A program made the translations under genes and the position numbers. The notes beneath the pieces were generated by a model. That model was not told the DNA's origin and did no database searches. It saw nothing but the letters and a program-made list of their open reading frames with translations. DNA of 64,000 nt from Octopus sinensis (Eukaryota). This document shows, one piece after another, positions 27,946 to 41,329 of this stretch. The stretch spans positions 1 to 64,000 of the forward strand of contig NW_021833603.1 in the NCBI RefSeq assembly GCF_006345805.1. The letters run 5' to 3'. Position 1 is the first letter of the stretch; each line of letters starts with the position of its first letter.

Positions 27946-28814
27946 TGTTGACAATGCATAGAATGCACCACCCTAAGGCAGATACAGAACGACTTTATCT
28001 GCCAAGAAAAGGGGGGGCCGTGGACTTTTACAACTGGCAATAACAATGAAGATTGCTACAATTGGCCTAGACACCTACCTGTAAAACTCTGAGGACTGGA
28101 TGTTAAAACTTGTCTCAAAACATGAAAACAGAAAGCATCATACTCAGTAACAAAACAGGCAAAGGAATATCTAAGTGAATTCCGAATACAACAAATTTCG
28201 GATTAGAGATAGACATACAAGAAACAGGCACAGAAAAAGCTAAGCGCATGAAAACCCGTGCTAAATCTGCGGCCTTAGATATTCTGAATGATAAATGGCA
28301 AGAAAAACCTCTCTATGGCAAATACCCAAAGAGAACAAATAATGCAGATGTTGACAAAGCCCTGACCCATCAATGGCTAATGGCCTCTGGCTTAAAATCT
28401 GAAAGAGAGGGGTTTATCATAGCAGCTCAAGATCAATGCCTACTAACAAGAAACTACCACGCCAACATATTAAAGATCAGAAGCAGTCCAACGTGTCGTG
28501 TATGCAAGCAACAAAATGAAACCATTGACCATGTGGTCTCCAAGTGCAGTCTTCTAGCGCCTACAGAGTATCTCAACAGGCACGATAGAGCTGCACAATA
28601 TATTCACTGGGTAATCTGTAAAAACCTGGATTTGCCCCATGAAAAAAACTGGTGGGAACACAAACCACTCCCATTGCTTGAAAATGACTACATCTCACTC
28701 CTCTGGAACTTCACAACAACATAACAACATGAACTTCCAACCCTGTTGTCTCTTGAGGTCTCTGGGTGAGACTTGGAGCCAACTTGTACAAATATAAAGC
28801 AAAAGTCAAACATA

Positions 28815-28815
<1 letters not shown>
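27945..28815 (+). mobile_element. Dong/R4 LINE fragment, subfamily 1, internally deleted
   Basis: WQEKPLYGKY, CRVC..HVVSKC zinc knuckle and RHD motif. Jumps from LWNFT straight to the 3' UTR. Flanked by (TAA)n. Confidence 0.85.
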
Positions 28816-28844
<29 letters not shown>

Positions 28845-28846
<2 letters not shown>

Positions 28847-30895
28847 TCACAACAAGCGCAGAAATCTCAACTCCGCATGGATTGACTATAAAAAGGCCTT
28901 CGACAGTATACCGCATCCATGGATCTTGAGATCGCTGGACATCTTCAAAATTTCCCCTGTGATTTCAAACTTCCTGAAGCACAATATGTCGTTGTGGGAT
29001 ACGAATCTCCAATTATACCACTCTAATGGAGTACTTGCCTCAGAAAATATAAACATCAACTGTGGAATTTTCCAAGGTGACTCACTTTCACCTTTAATAT
29101 TCTGCATAGCCCTAATACCCCTTAGAAGTGAAATAAACAGAACAGGGTATGGGTATAAAATTGCCAATAAAAAAATAAGCCATCTATTTTATATGGATGA
29201 CTTAAAACTCTATGGTAAAGACGATAATGAACTTGAAGGCCTATTGCACACTGTGAAAGCATTCAGCGATGACATCGGGATGGAGTTTGGGCTTGAGAAG
29301 TGTGCCAAGGCCACTTTCCACAAAGGGAAAGTGAAGACCACAAATTCAGTCGTGTTAGATGTTGACACAGTCATACGAGAGCTTGAGCAAGAACAAACAT
29401 ACAAATATTTAGGGATAAATGAAGGCTCTGGTATTCAGCATTCAAGCATGAAAGAGAAGATCAGGAAGGAATGTTATAGGAGAGTTCGTGCAGTCCTGAA
29501 ATCTGAACTAAATGCACGTAACAAGGTGTTAGCTATAAATTCCTTAGCAGTTCCAGTTGTTACTTATAGCTACAATGTGTTGAACTGGAATATGAGTGAA
29601 GTAAAGAATATAGATAGGAAATACGAAAGCTGCTGAGTTGTAATAGGATGCACCACCCAAAGGCAGACGTAGATCGCCTTTACCTTCCCAGAGCCCAAGG
29701 AGGTCGAGGCCTGATCCAATTTGAACTAGCTTACAAAACAACCACAATTGGACTGGCCAAATATCTTGAAATAACGAATGACTGGATGCTAAAGCTCGTG
29801 GAAATCACGAGAGACGAAAGAAGCTTCATTCTATCATAAAGCAAAGCAAAAATTTGCTATTGATCTCGTGCAGGATACCAAACTGAACAACCCGAGGGAA
29901 GTACAACTATTGTTGCAAAGAAGGTGAAAATAATGGCAACGAAAAAGCGCACGAGCAATTGGCTGATAGGTGGGAGGAGAAACCTCTGCATGGCAAATAT
30001 GTGGCCCGCAGCAAACAAGCTGATGTTGACCAGAAGCAAACCCATCAGTGGCTACGGAGCTCAGGGCTAAAAGCAGAGAGCGAAGGTTTCATCCTGGCTT
30101 ATCAAGATCAAAGCCTATTAACCCGGAACTACCAGGCCAATGTCATGAAAAATGGAGCAGGCCCAAAATGCCGATTCTGCAACGACATGATTGAAACAGT
30201 GGACCACCTAATCTCTGGATGTAAAGTCTTAGCACCAGTGGAGTATAAATTAAGACATGACAGAGTTGGCCAATATCTCCACTGGCTAATAAGTCGGCAT
30301 TACAATATCAGAACTGCCGACAAGTGGTATAATCACCACCCTGAAGCTGTAACTGAAGGAGAAAATGTAACGATTTTGTGGGACTTTCCAGTACATACAG
30401 ACCGAACCATCAAAGTCAATAAACCAGATATTGTTGTGAAAGACCAAAACTATAAAGTTTGCTTATTGATCGACATGAGCATCCCCTGTGATCATAATAT
30501 CTCGGCGAAAGAATTTGACAAGCTCAGAAAATATAAAGACCTGCTCATTGAAATTGAGAAAATGTGGCATCTCAAGGCGGTTACAATACCAGTGATCGTA
30601 GGAGCACTAGGAATGATCAAGAAGGGAACAGAAAATTATGAGAATGATCCCTGGCTTACCATCCCTGCAAGAAGTGCAAAAGATTGTCTTAACTGGTACA
30701 TCACACGTATTGAGAAGAGCATTGTCGATGTGAGAACTATTACTACCCATGTATTTTAATTTTAACTTAAAAAAAAAATGAACGAACTATTGAGTTTAGT
30801 TTAATGGCCTATCAATGTATACTATGAGTTTCATTGCCCTAGGAGTCGAGAAGACACTCGGCAAGAAATGGAAGCAGATTTGAAAGAAGAAAAAA
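28845..30895 (+). mobile_element. Dong/R4 LINE, subfamily 2, 5'-truncated (RT, zinc knuckle, REL endonuclease; frameshifted)
   Basis: DYKKAFDS, GIFQGDSLSP, YMDDLKLY, CRFC..HLISGC, RHD, KPDIVV..IDMS..KYKDL. Confidence 0.92.
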
Positions 30896-31040
30896 AAAAT
30901 ATTAACAATCATTTCTGCTTTAGGAATAAGGCCCTAAATTTTTGGGCTGGGGTCCAGTCGATTAGATCGACTCCAGTACGCATCTGCTACCTAATTTATT
31001 GGCCCCGAAAGGAGAAACGGTAAGGTCGATCTCGGTGGAT

Positions 31041-31335
31041 TCACAGGTCTGCACTTAGAGACGTACCATACACCCTTGCCATTTTTGCAACATTTAACCA
31101 CCTTTCAGTAAACTCACTTGAGGACAGTACTTGCATCTCCACTCTCAATTTCCTTTTCAAGTGAAACCTGAAGAAGTCAATGAGAGGAATGTATCTGTCC
31201 TCATTCATTTCAGCCTTGTCCACCAAACAAGCTCTTTCGCCACACCCACCAGGCAAAGAAAAACTGCCTTGCCTGCCCGATTGAAGGAGGGCAGCAGTGC
31301 GATCACCACTACAGACTCGGTCGACATCTGGTTTA
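31041..31335 (-). mobile_element. Tx1/L1-like ORF2 C-terminal fragment
   Basis: FFRFHLKRKLRVE...RWLNVAKMARV is homologous to the peptide at 3853-4000. Confidence 0.6.
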
Positions 31336-31423
31336 AGCATAAGGACTTCAGTTTTTAGGGGAAGGTTTTGTTAATAATACTGACCCCAATATTTGACTGG
31401 TACTTTATTCTATAGACCCAGAG

Positions 31424-31547
<124 letters not shown>

Positions 31548-31727
31548 GAAGAAGAAGAGAAGAAGAAGAAGAAGAAGAAGAAGGAGGAAGAAGAAGAAGA
31601 AGAAGAAGAAGAAGAAGAAGAAGAAGAAGAAGAAGAAGAAGAAGAAGAAGAAGAAGAAGAAGAAGAAGAAGAAGAAGAAGAAGAATGAGGAGGAGGAGGT
31701 TAAAACCTTTTTGTTGGTACATATATG

Positions 31728-32130
31728 AAAGTTCTTAGAAAACAATGAAGTAATCCAGTTATGGGACTTAGCCTGAAAATTTGAAAAAGAAGTCGGGAAC
31801 AAGAAGCAGGATAATGTAGTCGTTGATAAGAAGGTGAAGACGGTATCTCGTATTTGACGTGGCATGTTCACTTAATACTAAATAAAGGAAATTGTATAAG
31901 TAGAATAGTAATACACACTTGGACTACCAAATTCTCAAATACTGGATTACAGAAGTTTTCAGGGTTAAACGATAAGGTCAAAAGATAAGTATCAGTTGTG
32001 AATATACTGACGAAGAAACTGAAAGTAAGCTATCAGAAAATAGATCTCAATAAGGGAGTGGCTGTAGTGCAATAAACTAGTGTGTTGAGATCACTAAGAA
32101 TTATATAGAGGGTTCTCGACACGGAAGTAA
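31728..32130 (+). mobile_element. Decayed REL-endonuclease LINE (R2/R4-like) remnant
   Basis: Translates in pieces as VLENNEVIQLWD...NKKQDNVVVDKK...DVACS. Confidence 0.55.
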
Positions 32131-32549
32131 GGATAGGCGTGAACAGCATGGAAGGGCTTTAATAGGAAGCCTAATTGAAGCACCTAGAGTACGAATACAA
32201 TATAACAGCAGAATAATTTCGTCTACCTTTGGTACAAAGTCGAAATTTTGTGGGATGGGGACTAGAAAATTACATCAATCTTAGTATTCATCTCATTGAC
32301 CCCGAAAGGGATGAAAAGCAAAGTCGACCTCGACAGAAATTGAACTCAGAACGTGAAGACGTGCGAAATGTCGATAAGCGTTTTTTTTTTCCTTTTCCGG
32401 CACGTTACCAATTTCGTCCTCTCACAGCCTGATGATTATCGTAAGAGAAGGAAGAGTATAAAGTTAAGACTTTTGTTGTTAGTATTTAGTCGTTTTATTG
32501 CTGTTGTTGTTTTGTTGTTATTGTTGTTGTTTTGTTGTTGTTGATGTCG

Positions 32550-32569
32550 ATTTCTTCTTTCTCTTCCAG
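32550..32569 (+). promoter_or_regulatory. Splice acceptor for the laccase coding exon (5' UTR intron)
   Basis: Pyrimidine tract TTTCTTCTTTCTCTTCCAG ending 22 nt before the ATG. Confidence 0.65.
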
Positions 32570-32591
32570 TTTCTAGCTTCGAACTTTAAAG

Positions 32592-34511
32592 ATGTCTGCA
32601 TTTTTCCTGTTGGTACTGGTACTGATGCTTGTTAACCCGAGTTATGTTACCTTAGCAAGACGTAATTCCTGCCACTACGAAGACACAGTATGTGAGTTTA
32701 GTTTAACCGTTACTCACAAACTACCGATGACTTATCATGGCCATTCAGTCGAAATTATCGACGGCAAACTGTATTATTTCCACAAAGGCAAACATTACAT
32801 CGATGCTGATGATGTATTAACCATGGATGGTTATGATGAGCAATGGTTAGCAATCACTGTAAATGAAACTATCCCAGGCCCTACTATTGAAGTTTTCATC
32901 AACCAGACTGTCATCATAAAAGTCACAAATGAATTGTGGTCCACTGCTACCAGCTTACATTGGCATGGAATTGACCAAGTAGGATCTCCATTTATGGATG
33001 GTGTTAGCTTTGTTACCCAGTGTCCAATACAACCAAGTGAGTCGTTCATTTACATATTCAATACCACTAAGACAGGTACATATTTCTACCATTCTCATAT
33101 CGGATTACAAAGGATAATGGGACTTTATGGAGCACTTATTGTACGGGATAAACCTCCTATTATTCAGGAGAAGGTTTTAATAATTAGTGAATACAATCAC
33201 TTTTGGAATGCGAATAAAGCATGGATGAAAACAATCTATTCCAGTGCATTACATGGGAAAAAAACGCCCGATTTAAGAACATATGATGGAACGTATTTAG
33301 GGCAATTTCTGTATACATCTGGTTTAGTAAACGGCAGAGGACGATATTATGACAAACGAGGACATCACAATGGGGCACCGTTATCAAGATTTAACGTTCA
33401 ACAAGATCGAATGTATCGATTCCGAGTTATTTCCGCAGCCAGTGAATTGCCTTTTGAATTTTCAATTGATTCCCATCCTCTTCAGATTGTAGCGTCTGAT
33501 GGAGCAGATTTGAAAGGATCTTTTTACGATTCTGTCATCATACAGCCAGGAGAACGATATGATTTCTTCATAACAACTAACAAAGACATAAAAAATTATT
33601 GGATTCGAGGTAAAACGTTAACAGAGAATCTAAATCAAACATTCGAAGCCATATTATCATACGAAGGAGCCTCAGATACAGATCCGACCAGCAGAAGCAA
33701 AAACTGTAGTCGTACAGTCTGTGATGTCCTCAACTGTCCATTTATGTATTTTCCAGTAAAATATAATAAAAGATGCCATTCCATTTCTGGTCTCCGTTCG
33801 CCTAAAGTTCAAAATGTACCAAAGTATGAAGAGCACCATTGGGAAGAATATTTTCTTAATTTCGCTTTTCCTAATGGTACAGCTTCCGTGAATGGACGAA
33901 GTTTTCTTTATCCTCATGTCAACCCATTGCTCCAACCAAATGAAGTAAAAACATTGTGCAAAGAAACTGAATGTGGTCCTGGAAAAACTTGCTCATGCAC
34001 GCATTCAATAACGTTATCAAATGGTAATAATGTTCAACTAGTTTTAACAAATATGCACAGACTTTATGGAGTTTCTCACCCTATACATTTACACGGCCAT
34101 TCTTTTCATGTGGTGAAAATGGGTTTTCCTACCTATAACAAAACAACAGGAAAATTAATTTCAATTAATAAGGATATCATGTGTTACGGTGACACGGGGT
34201 ATGAATATTGTAATAATCCAGTCTGGCGAAATAAGACATGGAAAGGAGACAATATACCCGGATTGAATTTAGTAAACCCTCCCTTAAAGGATACTGTAAC
34301 ATTACCCTCAGGTGGTTACGTTGTTGTCAGACTGAAAGCCAATAATCCTGGCTTATGGTTTATGCATTGCCACATGGCATTTCATACCTTTGAAGGAATG
34401 GCTCTGGTAGTAAACGAATCATTTACAGACATACCGACTTGGAAATACCCCTTGCCTAAATGTCGAAGCGTAAATTTACATGGACATTTTTTTTCTAAAG
34501 GGGCAGATTAA
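32592..34511 (+). CDS. Secreted laccase-like multicopper oxidase (three cupredoxin domains), single coding exon
   Basis: Intact 639 aa ORF with an N-terminal signal peptide. All four copper motifs are present: HWHG, YHSH, HPIHLHGH and HCHMAFHTFEGM (Met axial ligand). Confidence 0.96.
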   Translation: MSAFFLLVLVLMLVNPSYVTLARRNSCHYEDTVCEFSLTVTHKLPMTYHGHSVEIIDGKLYYFHKGKHYIDADDVLTMDGYDEQWLAITVNETIPGPTIEVFINQTVIIKVTNELWSTATSLHWHGIDQVGSPFMDGVSFVTQCPIQPSESFIYIFNTTKTGTYFYHSHIGLQRIMGLYGALIVRDKPPIIQEKVLIISEYNHFWNANKAWMKTIYSSALHGKKTPDLRTYDGTYLGQFLYTSGLVNGRGRYYDKRGHHNGAPLSRFNVQQDRMYRFRVISAASELPFEFSIDSHPLQIVASDGADLKGSFYDSVIIQPGERYDFFITTNKDIKNYWIRGKTLTENLNQTFEAILSYEGASDTDPTSRSKNCSRTVCDVLNCPFMYFPVKYNKRCHSISGLRSPKVQNVPKYEEHHWEEYFLNFAFPNGTASVNGRSFLYPHVNPLLQPNEVKTLCKETECGPGKTCSCTHSITLSNGNNVQLVLTNMHRLYGVSHPIHLHGHSFHVVKMGFPTYNKTTGKLISINKDIMCYGDTGYEYCNNPVWRNKTWKGDNIPGLNLVNPPLKDTVTLPSGGYVVVRLKANNPGLWFMHCHMAFHTFEGMALVVNESFTDIPTWKYPLPKCRSVNLHGHFFSKGAD

Positions 34512-35564
34512 ATACTTTTAAGAAACTGTCGTAGTCTTTGAAGAGCATATATTAATATACGAAAGTGAGAGAGAGAGAGGGGGGCAGGGAGAAAATTTAT
34601 ATACGGGTTTGTGAGGTGTCTATGTATGTATTTGTGTATGAGAGAGATCATGTGTTTGTGTGCGTGTGTAATATCTGTAGGCATGTGTGTATGTATATAT
34701 ATATATATGTATGCCCATATATACATATACATATATACATATACAGTGTGTGTGAAGGAGTGAGAAGATGTGGGTACGCGTGCGTGATTTTTGTAAAGAT
34801 ATATATATATATATATATACATATTTATATATAAATACAAAATGGGACAAGAACGCAAAACACCTGGACAGTTAGGTGATATAAAAGGGACAACAAAACA
34901 TCCAGATAGACGATACAAAGAAAACAAGGACTGGTCATTCGAAGTTTTCTTTTTAGTATACCAAGGAACTAGAACAGTTTTCCCTCCATTATCAGATGGA
35001 TGACAATGGATAAAAGGTTCGAAATAGCTGCATAACTCAACTTTGAAGAAACGTTTATAAATGACCGCTGGGAAAAGGCATTTGCTTGCTTCATTTGAAC
35101 AATTGAAACCGTTTTGGGCAATTAAATTTACAATGTTCTTTTCATAATATTGCTAAATTGTTATTATATATTATTTACGAGTGGCTGCCAAAACGTTACT
35201 GCTTTTGGCAAAAGAAAATACCACTGGATCAGTTATGATTTTCTTCAACATATTCCGCTCTCAAATTCACACACTTGTTGCAGTGATCCTTCAGTTATTC
35301 CAAGACCTCTAAAACTCGGAGGTTTGGGCCTCCTATCAGGTTTTTCACGATACGCTTAAATTCAGGAACTTCTCAGCATCCTTTCGTATAATATAATTTT
35401 TATTTGTCATGTTTTTCTCAACTTTATACTGTTATAATAACTCACCCGATGTAAAATTCTGTTAGCATTTTTTAAATATTTTTGTCTAAGTAATGTCCCG
35501 CTTTTATGTCCTTGGAGAAAATAAAGAAATTATAACTTGAAACCATTATCATTATTATTCTTAT

Positions 35565-37127
35565 TCTATGTTTGAATTTTGCTTTACATTTACACAAGAC
35601 CTCAAGAGACAACAAGTTGGAAGTTCATGTTGGTGTTATGCCTAGGATGCCATATATTTGGATTTTGTACTTAGTGTTGTACTAGTGAATGCCTAAAAAA
35701 CCATACGAAAATTATGAGTTTTTTTTAAAATTGACATTACAAAGAAAGTATTTTGCCTAGGCTATGAGCAGTTCCCATGAGCACTATCTTTTGAATTTCT
35801 GCCATTCTGGGGTTTCCTGGTATCTGAGTTAGGTAGCAATCAGCCCCTTTTGCTATCATTCCCAGGGCGCCTATGACAACAGGTATTGTTTTAGTCTTCA
35901 GGTTCCACATTTTGCTGATTTCTATTTCAAGATCTTTATATTTGCTCAGTTTCTGGTAGGTCTTGACAGATACGTTTATATCGATTGGGACAGTCATATC
36001 AATGAAGATGCATGTTTTTTGTCTGAAGTCTTTTACTATTATGTCTGGCCTATTCGCGTCTATCTTTCTGTCAGTTTGAATGGTGAAGTTCCAGAGGAGT
36101 GAGATGTGGTCATTTTCAAGCACTGGCGGTGGTTTGTGTTCCCACCAGTTTTTTTCAGGGGGCATGTCCAGGCTTTTGCAAATTACCCAGTGAATATATT
36201 GTGCAGCTATATCATGCCTGTTGAGATAATCTGTAGGCGAAAGAAGACTGCACTTGGAGACAACTTGATCTGTGGTTTCATTTTGTTGCTGGCATACACG
36301 ACATGTTGGGCTACTGCAGTTCTTTAAAATGTTGGCCTGGTAGTTCCTTGTAGGTAGGCATTGATCTTGAGCTGCTATAATAAACCCTTCTGTTTCAGAT
36401 TTTAAGCCATAAGCCATTAGCCATTGATGGGTCAGGGCTTTGTCAACATCTGTATTATTCATTCTCTTTGGATATTTGCCATTGAGAGGTTTTTCTTGCC
36501 ATTTATCATTCAGAATATCTAAGGCAGCTGTTTTAGCACGGGTTTTCATGCGCTTAGCTTTTTCTGTGCTTGTTTCTTGTGTGTCTAATTCCGGAATTTG
36601 TTGCACTTGGAATTCACTTAGGTATTCCTTTGCCTGTTTTGTTAGTGAGTATGATGCTTTCTTGTTTTCATGTTTTGAGACAAGTTTTAACATCCAGTAC
36701 TTTAACATCCAGAGTTTTTCAGGTAGGTGTCTAGACCAATTGTAGCAACCTTCATTGTCATTGCTAGTTGTAAAAGACCACGGCCTCCCTCTTTTCTTGG
36801 TAGATAAAGTCGATCTATATCTGCCTTAGGGTGGTGCATTCTATGCATTGTCAACAGGTTTCGTATTTTTCTGTCAAGATTACATATTTCAGTAATTGAC
36901 CAGTTTACGATATTGAAACTGTAAGTCACGACTGGCTAAAGCATTGATCGCTTCGATCCTGTTTCTCGCATTCAGGTCTGTCTTGAGTATTGCACTTACT
37001 CTGCGATAACATTCTCTCCTGATCCTTTCCTTCATCATTGAATGCCTTATTCCATCCCCTTCAATTACCCCTAGGTACTTGTAGCTCTCCACTGGGTCTA
37101 ACTCTTTTATGACATGAGTTAGACCCA
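35565..37127 (-). mobile_element. Dong/R4 LINE, subfamily 1, 5'-truncated
   Basis: YKYLG, HHPKAD, CRVC, RHD and RPDIIVKD...KYKDL; frameshifted; flanked by (TTA)n. Confidence 0.92.
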
Positions 37128-37159
37128 GTATTATTATTATTATTATTATTATTATAATC

Positions 37160-37596
37160 ATTCAGTAGTTTTATTTTTATAGCGTGCTTTCACTTCACTA
37201 CCGAGCGCAGCTCTGTGTGTCTTGGGTATGTGCTGTGATTTGTTGTGATGCTCTGATGGTTATTGTATGGAAAGTGTTCTGCGTAGGATGTGTGCAGTGC
37301 CTAGTAGTGCATTTTTCTGTATGTTATATGTGTTTGTAAGTCCTGGTGTTTTTGTTATGTATTTGTCTAAATATTTTTTTATCATGCCTAATGCACCTAT
37401 TATGATAGGAATTGTTTCTGTTTTCAGATTCCACATTCTGGTTACCTCTATTTCCAGGTCTTTGCATTTTGAAAGTTTCTCCATTTCTTTTAGAGACACG
37501 TTGTCATCTGCCGGTATTGATACATCAACTAGAAAGCATTTTTTTCTTCATGATCTCTGACAACTATATCTGGTCTGTTGGTCTTAATTTCTCTAT

Positions 37597-37632
<36 letters not shown>

Positions 37633-37674
37633 TATTATTATTATTATTGTATATTATATTATATATTATTATTA

Positions 37675-37706
<32 letters not shown>

Positions 37707-38622
37707 TATTATCATTATTATTTATTATTATTATTCAGTAGTTTTATTTTTATAGCGTGCTTTCACTTCACTACCGAGCGCAGCTCTGTGTGTCTTGGGT
37801 ATGTGCTGTTTTGTGTTGTGATGCTCTGATGGTTATTGTATGGAAAGTGTTCTGCGTAGGATGTGTGCAGCCTAGTAGTGCAATTTTCTGTATGTTATAT
37901 GTGTTTGTAAGTCCTGGTGTTTTTGTTATGTATTTGTCTGAATATATTTTTATCATGCCTAATGCACCTACTATGATAGGAATTGTTTCTGTTTTCAGAT
38001 TCCACATTCTAGTTACCTCTATTTCCAGGTCGTTGTATTTTGAGAGTTTCTCCATTTTTTTAGAGACACGTTGTCATCTGCCGGTATTGATACATCAATT
38101 AGAAAGCATTTTTTTCTTCATGATCTCTGACAACTATATCTGGTCTGTTGGCCTTAATTTCTCTATCTGTGTGTATCGGCATATCCCAGAGTATGGTTGC
38201 TTTCTCGTTTTCTGTGACCATTCTGGTGTGTGCCTATACCATCTTTTTTTCTGTTGTTATTCCATAAGTTGGCATAGCTTCCAATGTATGTAGGTTCCAA
38301 CTCTGTCATGTCTGTGAATATATTCCTTCTTAGCCAGGACTGGGCGGTTAGAGATAATATGATTTATTGTTTCTTGTCCATTTCCACATATTCTGCAGTT
38401 ACTTGTAATATTTCTTTTCATTACATGTTTTTGGTAATTTCTGGTGGGGAGGCTTTGGTCTTGTGCTGCAATTAAAAATCCCTCTGTTTCTGCTTTGAGT
38501 CCTGAGCTTCTCAACCATTGCTGGGATTTTTCTTTGTCTATTTCTTTTGCGTTTAGTTTAGTGCAGTATTTACCACGAAGGGGCTTTTCTTGCCATCGTT
38601 TTATCATGGTTCGTTGCTGTTC
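37160..38622 (-). mobile_element. Two tandem Dong/R4 subfamily 3 3' fragments
   Basis: 37160-37597 duplicates 37735-38165. The second copy extends to WQEKPLRGKY, CRIC and RHD. Separated by TAA repeats. Confidence 0.88.
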
Positions 38623-38785
<163 letters not shown>

Positions 38786-38828
38786 TATTATTATTATTAT
38801 TATTATTATTCTTCTTATTATTATTATT

Positions 38829-39275
38829 ATATGTTTGACTTTTGCTTTATATTTGTACAAGTTGGCTCCAAGTCTCACCCAGAGAACTCAAGAGACAACA
38901 GGTTGGAAGTTCATGTTGTTGTTATGCCTAGTGTGCCATATATTTGGGGGGCGGTTGGTGTTGTACTAATGAATGTCTAAAAAAAAAATTATTATTATTA
39001 TTGTTGTTGTTGTTGTTGTTGTGTGTTCTTCTTCTTCTTCTTCTTCTTCTTCTTCTTCCTTATTATTATTATTAATTTTATTATTATTATTATTATTTAT
39101 TATTATTATTTATTATTATGTTTGACTTTTGCTTATATTTGTACAAGTTGGCTCTCCAAGTCTCACCCAGAGAACTCAAGAGACAACAGGTTGGAAGTTC
39201 ATGTTGTTGTTATGCCTAGTGTGCCATATATTTGGGGGGGGTTGGTGTTGTACTAATGAATGTCTAAAAAAAAAA
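38829..39275 (-). mobile_element. Two solo Dong 3' UTR copies
   Basis: 38829-38985 and 39117-39270 match the UTR at 39430-39570 and 28730-28815. Confidence 0.8.
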
Positions 39276-39377
39276 TTATTATTATTATTGTTGTTCTTCT
39301 TCTTCTTCTCCTTCTTCATCATCTTCTTCTTCTTCTTCTTCTTCTTCTTTTTCTTCTTCTTCTTCTTCTTCTTCTTC

Positions 39378-39410
<33 letters not shown>

Positions 39411-39429
39411 TATTATTATTATTATTATT

Positions 39430-39574
39430 CTATGTTTCACTTTTGCTTTATGTCTGTACAAGTTGGCTCCAAGTCTCACCCAGAGACCTCAAGAGACAAC
39501 AGGTTGGATGTTCTGTGCCATATATTTGGGGTTATTATTTTTTTTTTGTGTTGTACAAGTGAATGTCTAATACA

Positions 39575-39605
<31 letters not shown>

Positions 39606-41261
39606 AAAAAAGTTTGTTTTAAACCTTGGGATTACATAGAGAGTATTTTGCGTAGGATATGAGCAGCTCCCATGAGCACTATCTTTTGAATTTCTGCCAT
39701 TTTGGGGTTTCCTGGTATCTGAGTTAGGTAGCAATCATTCCCTTTCGCTATCATTCCCAGGGCACCTATGACAACAGGTATTGTTTTAGTCTTCAGCTTC
39801 CACATTTTGCTGATTTCTATTTCAAGATCTTTATATTTGCTCAGTTTTTGGTAGGTCTTGACAGATACGTTTATATCGATTGGGACAGTCATATCAATGA
39901 GGAGGCATGTTCTTTGTCTGAAGTCTTTCAATATAATGTCTGGCCTATTTGCATCTATCTTCCTGTCAGTTTGAATGGTGAAGTTCCAGAGGAGTGAGAT
40001 GTGGTCATTTTCAAGCACAGGAGATGGATTGTGTTCCCACCAGTTGTTTACATGGGGTAAATCCAGGTTTTTGCAAATTACCCAGAGAATATATTGTGCA
40101 GCTATATCATGCCTACTGAGGTACTCTGTAGGCGCTAGAAGACTGCATTTGGAGACAACATGGTCAATGGTTTCATTTTGTTGTCGGCATACACGACATG
40201 TTGTGCTACTGCAGTTCTTTAATATGTTGGCCTGATAGTTTCTTGTTGGTAGGCATTGATCTTGAGCTGCTATGATAAACCCCTCTGTTTCAGATTTTAA
40301 GCCAGAGGCTATCAGCCATTGATGGGTCAGGGCTTTGTCGATATCTGCATTATTCGCTCTCTTTGGGTATTTGCCATTGAGAGGTTTTTCTTGCCATTTA
40401 TTATTCAGAATATCTAAGGCCGCAGTTTTGGCACGGGTTTTCATGCGCCTAGCTTTTTCTGTGCTTGTTTCTTGTATATCTATCTCTAATTCCGAAATTG
40501 GTTGTATTCGGAATTCACTTAGATATTCCTTTGCCTGTTTTGTGACTGAGTATGATGCTTTCTTGTTTTCATGTTTTGAGACAAGTTTTAACATCCAGTC
40601 CTCAGAGTTTTTCAGGTAGGTGTCTAGGCCAATTGTAGCAATCTTCATTGTTATTGCCAGTTGCAAAAGACCACGGCCTCCCTCTTTTCTTGGCAGATAG
40701 AGTCGTTCTGTATCTGCCTTAGGGTGGTGCATTCTATGCATTGTCAACAGTTTCCTTATTTTTCTGTCGTGCTGACATATTTCAGTAATTGACCAGTTAA
40801 CAATATTGAAACTGTAAGTCACGACTGGTATGGCTAATGCATTGATCGCTTCGATCTTGTTTCTTGCATTCAGCTCTGTCTTGAGTATTGCTCTCACTCT
40901 TCGATAGCATTCTCTCCTGATCCTTTCCTTCATCTCTGAATGCCTTATTCCGTTCCCTTCAATTACCCCTAGGTACTTGTAGCTCTCCGCTGGATCTAGT
41001 TCTTTTATGACATTCTGTTGGTCAAGGTTAACGTTAGATGTTTCTGTCATTTTTCCTTTGATAAAGGTAGCCTTTGCACATTTATCGAGGCCGAATTGCA
41101 TTCTGATGTCGTCACTGAATTGTTTGACTATCGCTAGTAAGCCCTTGAGTTGTTCGTCATTTTTTGCAAAAAGCTTTAAATCATCCATGTAAACGAGATG
41201 ATTTATATTTTTATCAAACATTTTATACCCGTACTCGCGTCATTGAGCAGCTTTGAGAGAG

Positions 41262-41262
<1 letters not shown>
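39430..41262 (-). mobile_element. Dong/R4 LINE, subfamily 1, with an open 529 aa RT-to-endonuclease frame
   Basis: ORF 39632-41221 has YMDDLKLF, the CCHC knuckle, RHD and PD-(D/E)xK. It is 5'-truncated at (TTA)n. Confidence 0.95.

Positions 41263-41329
<67 letters not shown>

Noticed and set aside
32005-32036. CTGACGA...GAAA hammerhead
   Set aside because: No stem I, and it lies in a decayed LINE coding remnant.
32592-34511. Horizontal transfer of the laccase from a microbe
   Set aside because: The Cys-rich insertions and signal peptide look like animal multicopper oxidases. Lack of introns alone is not evidence of transfer.
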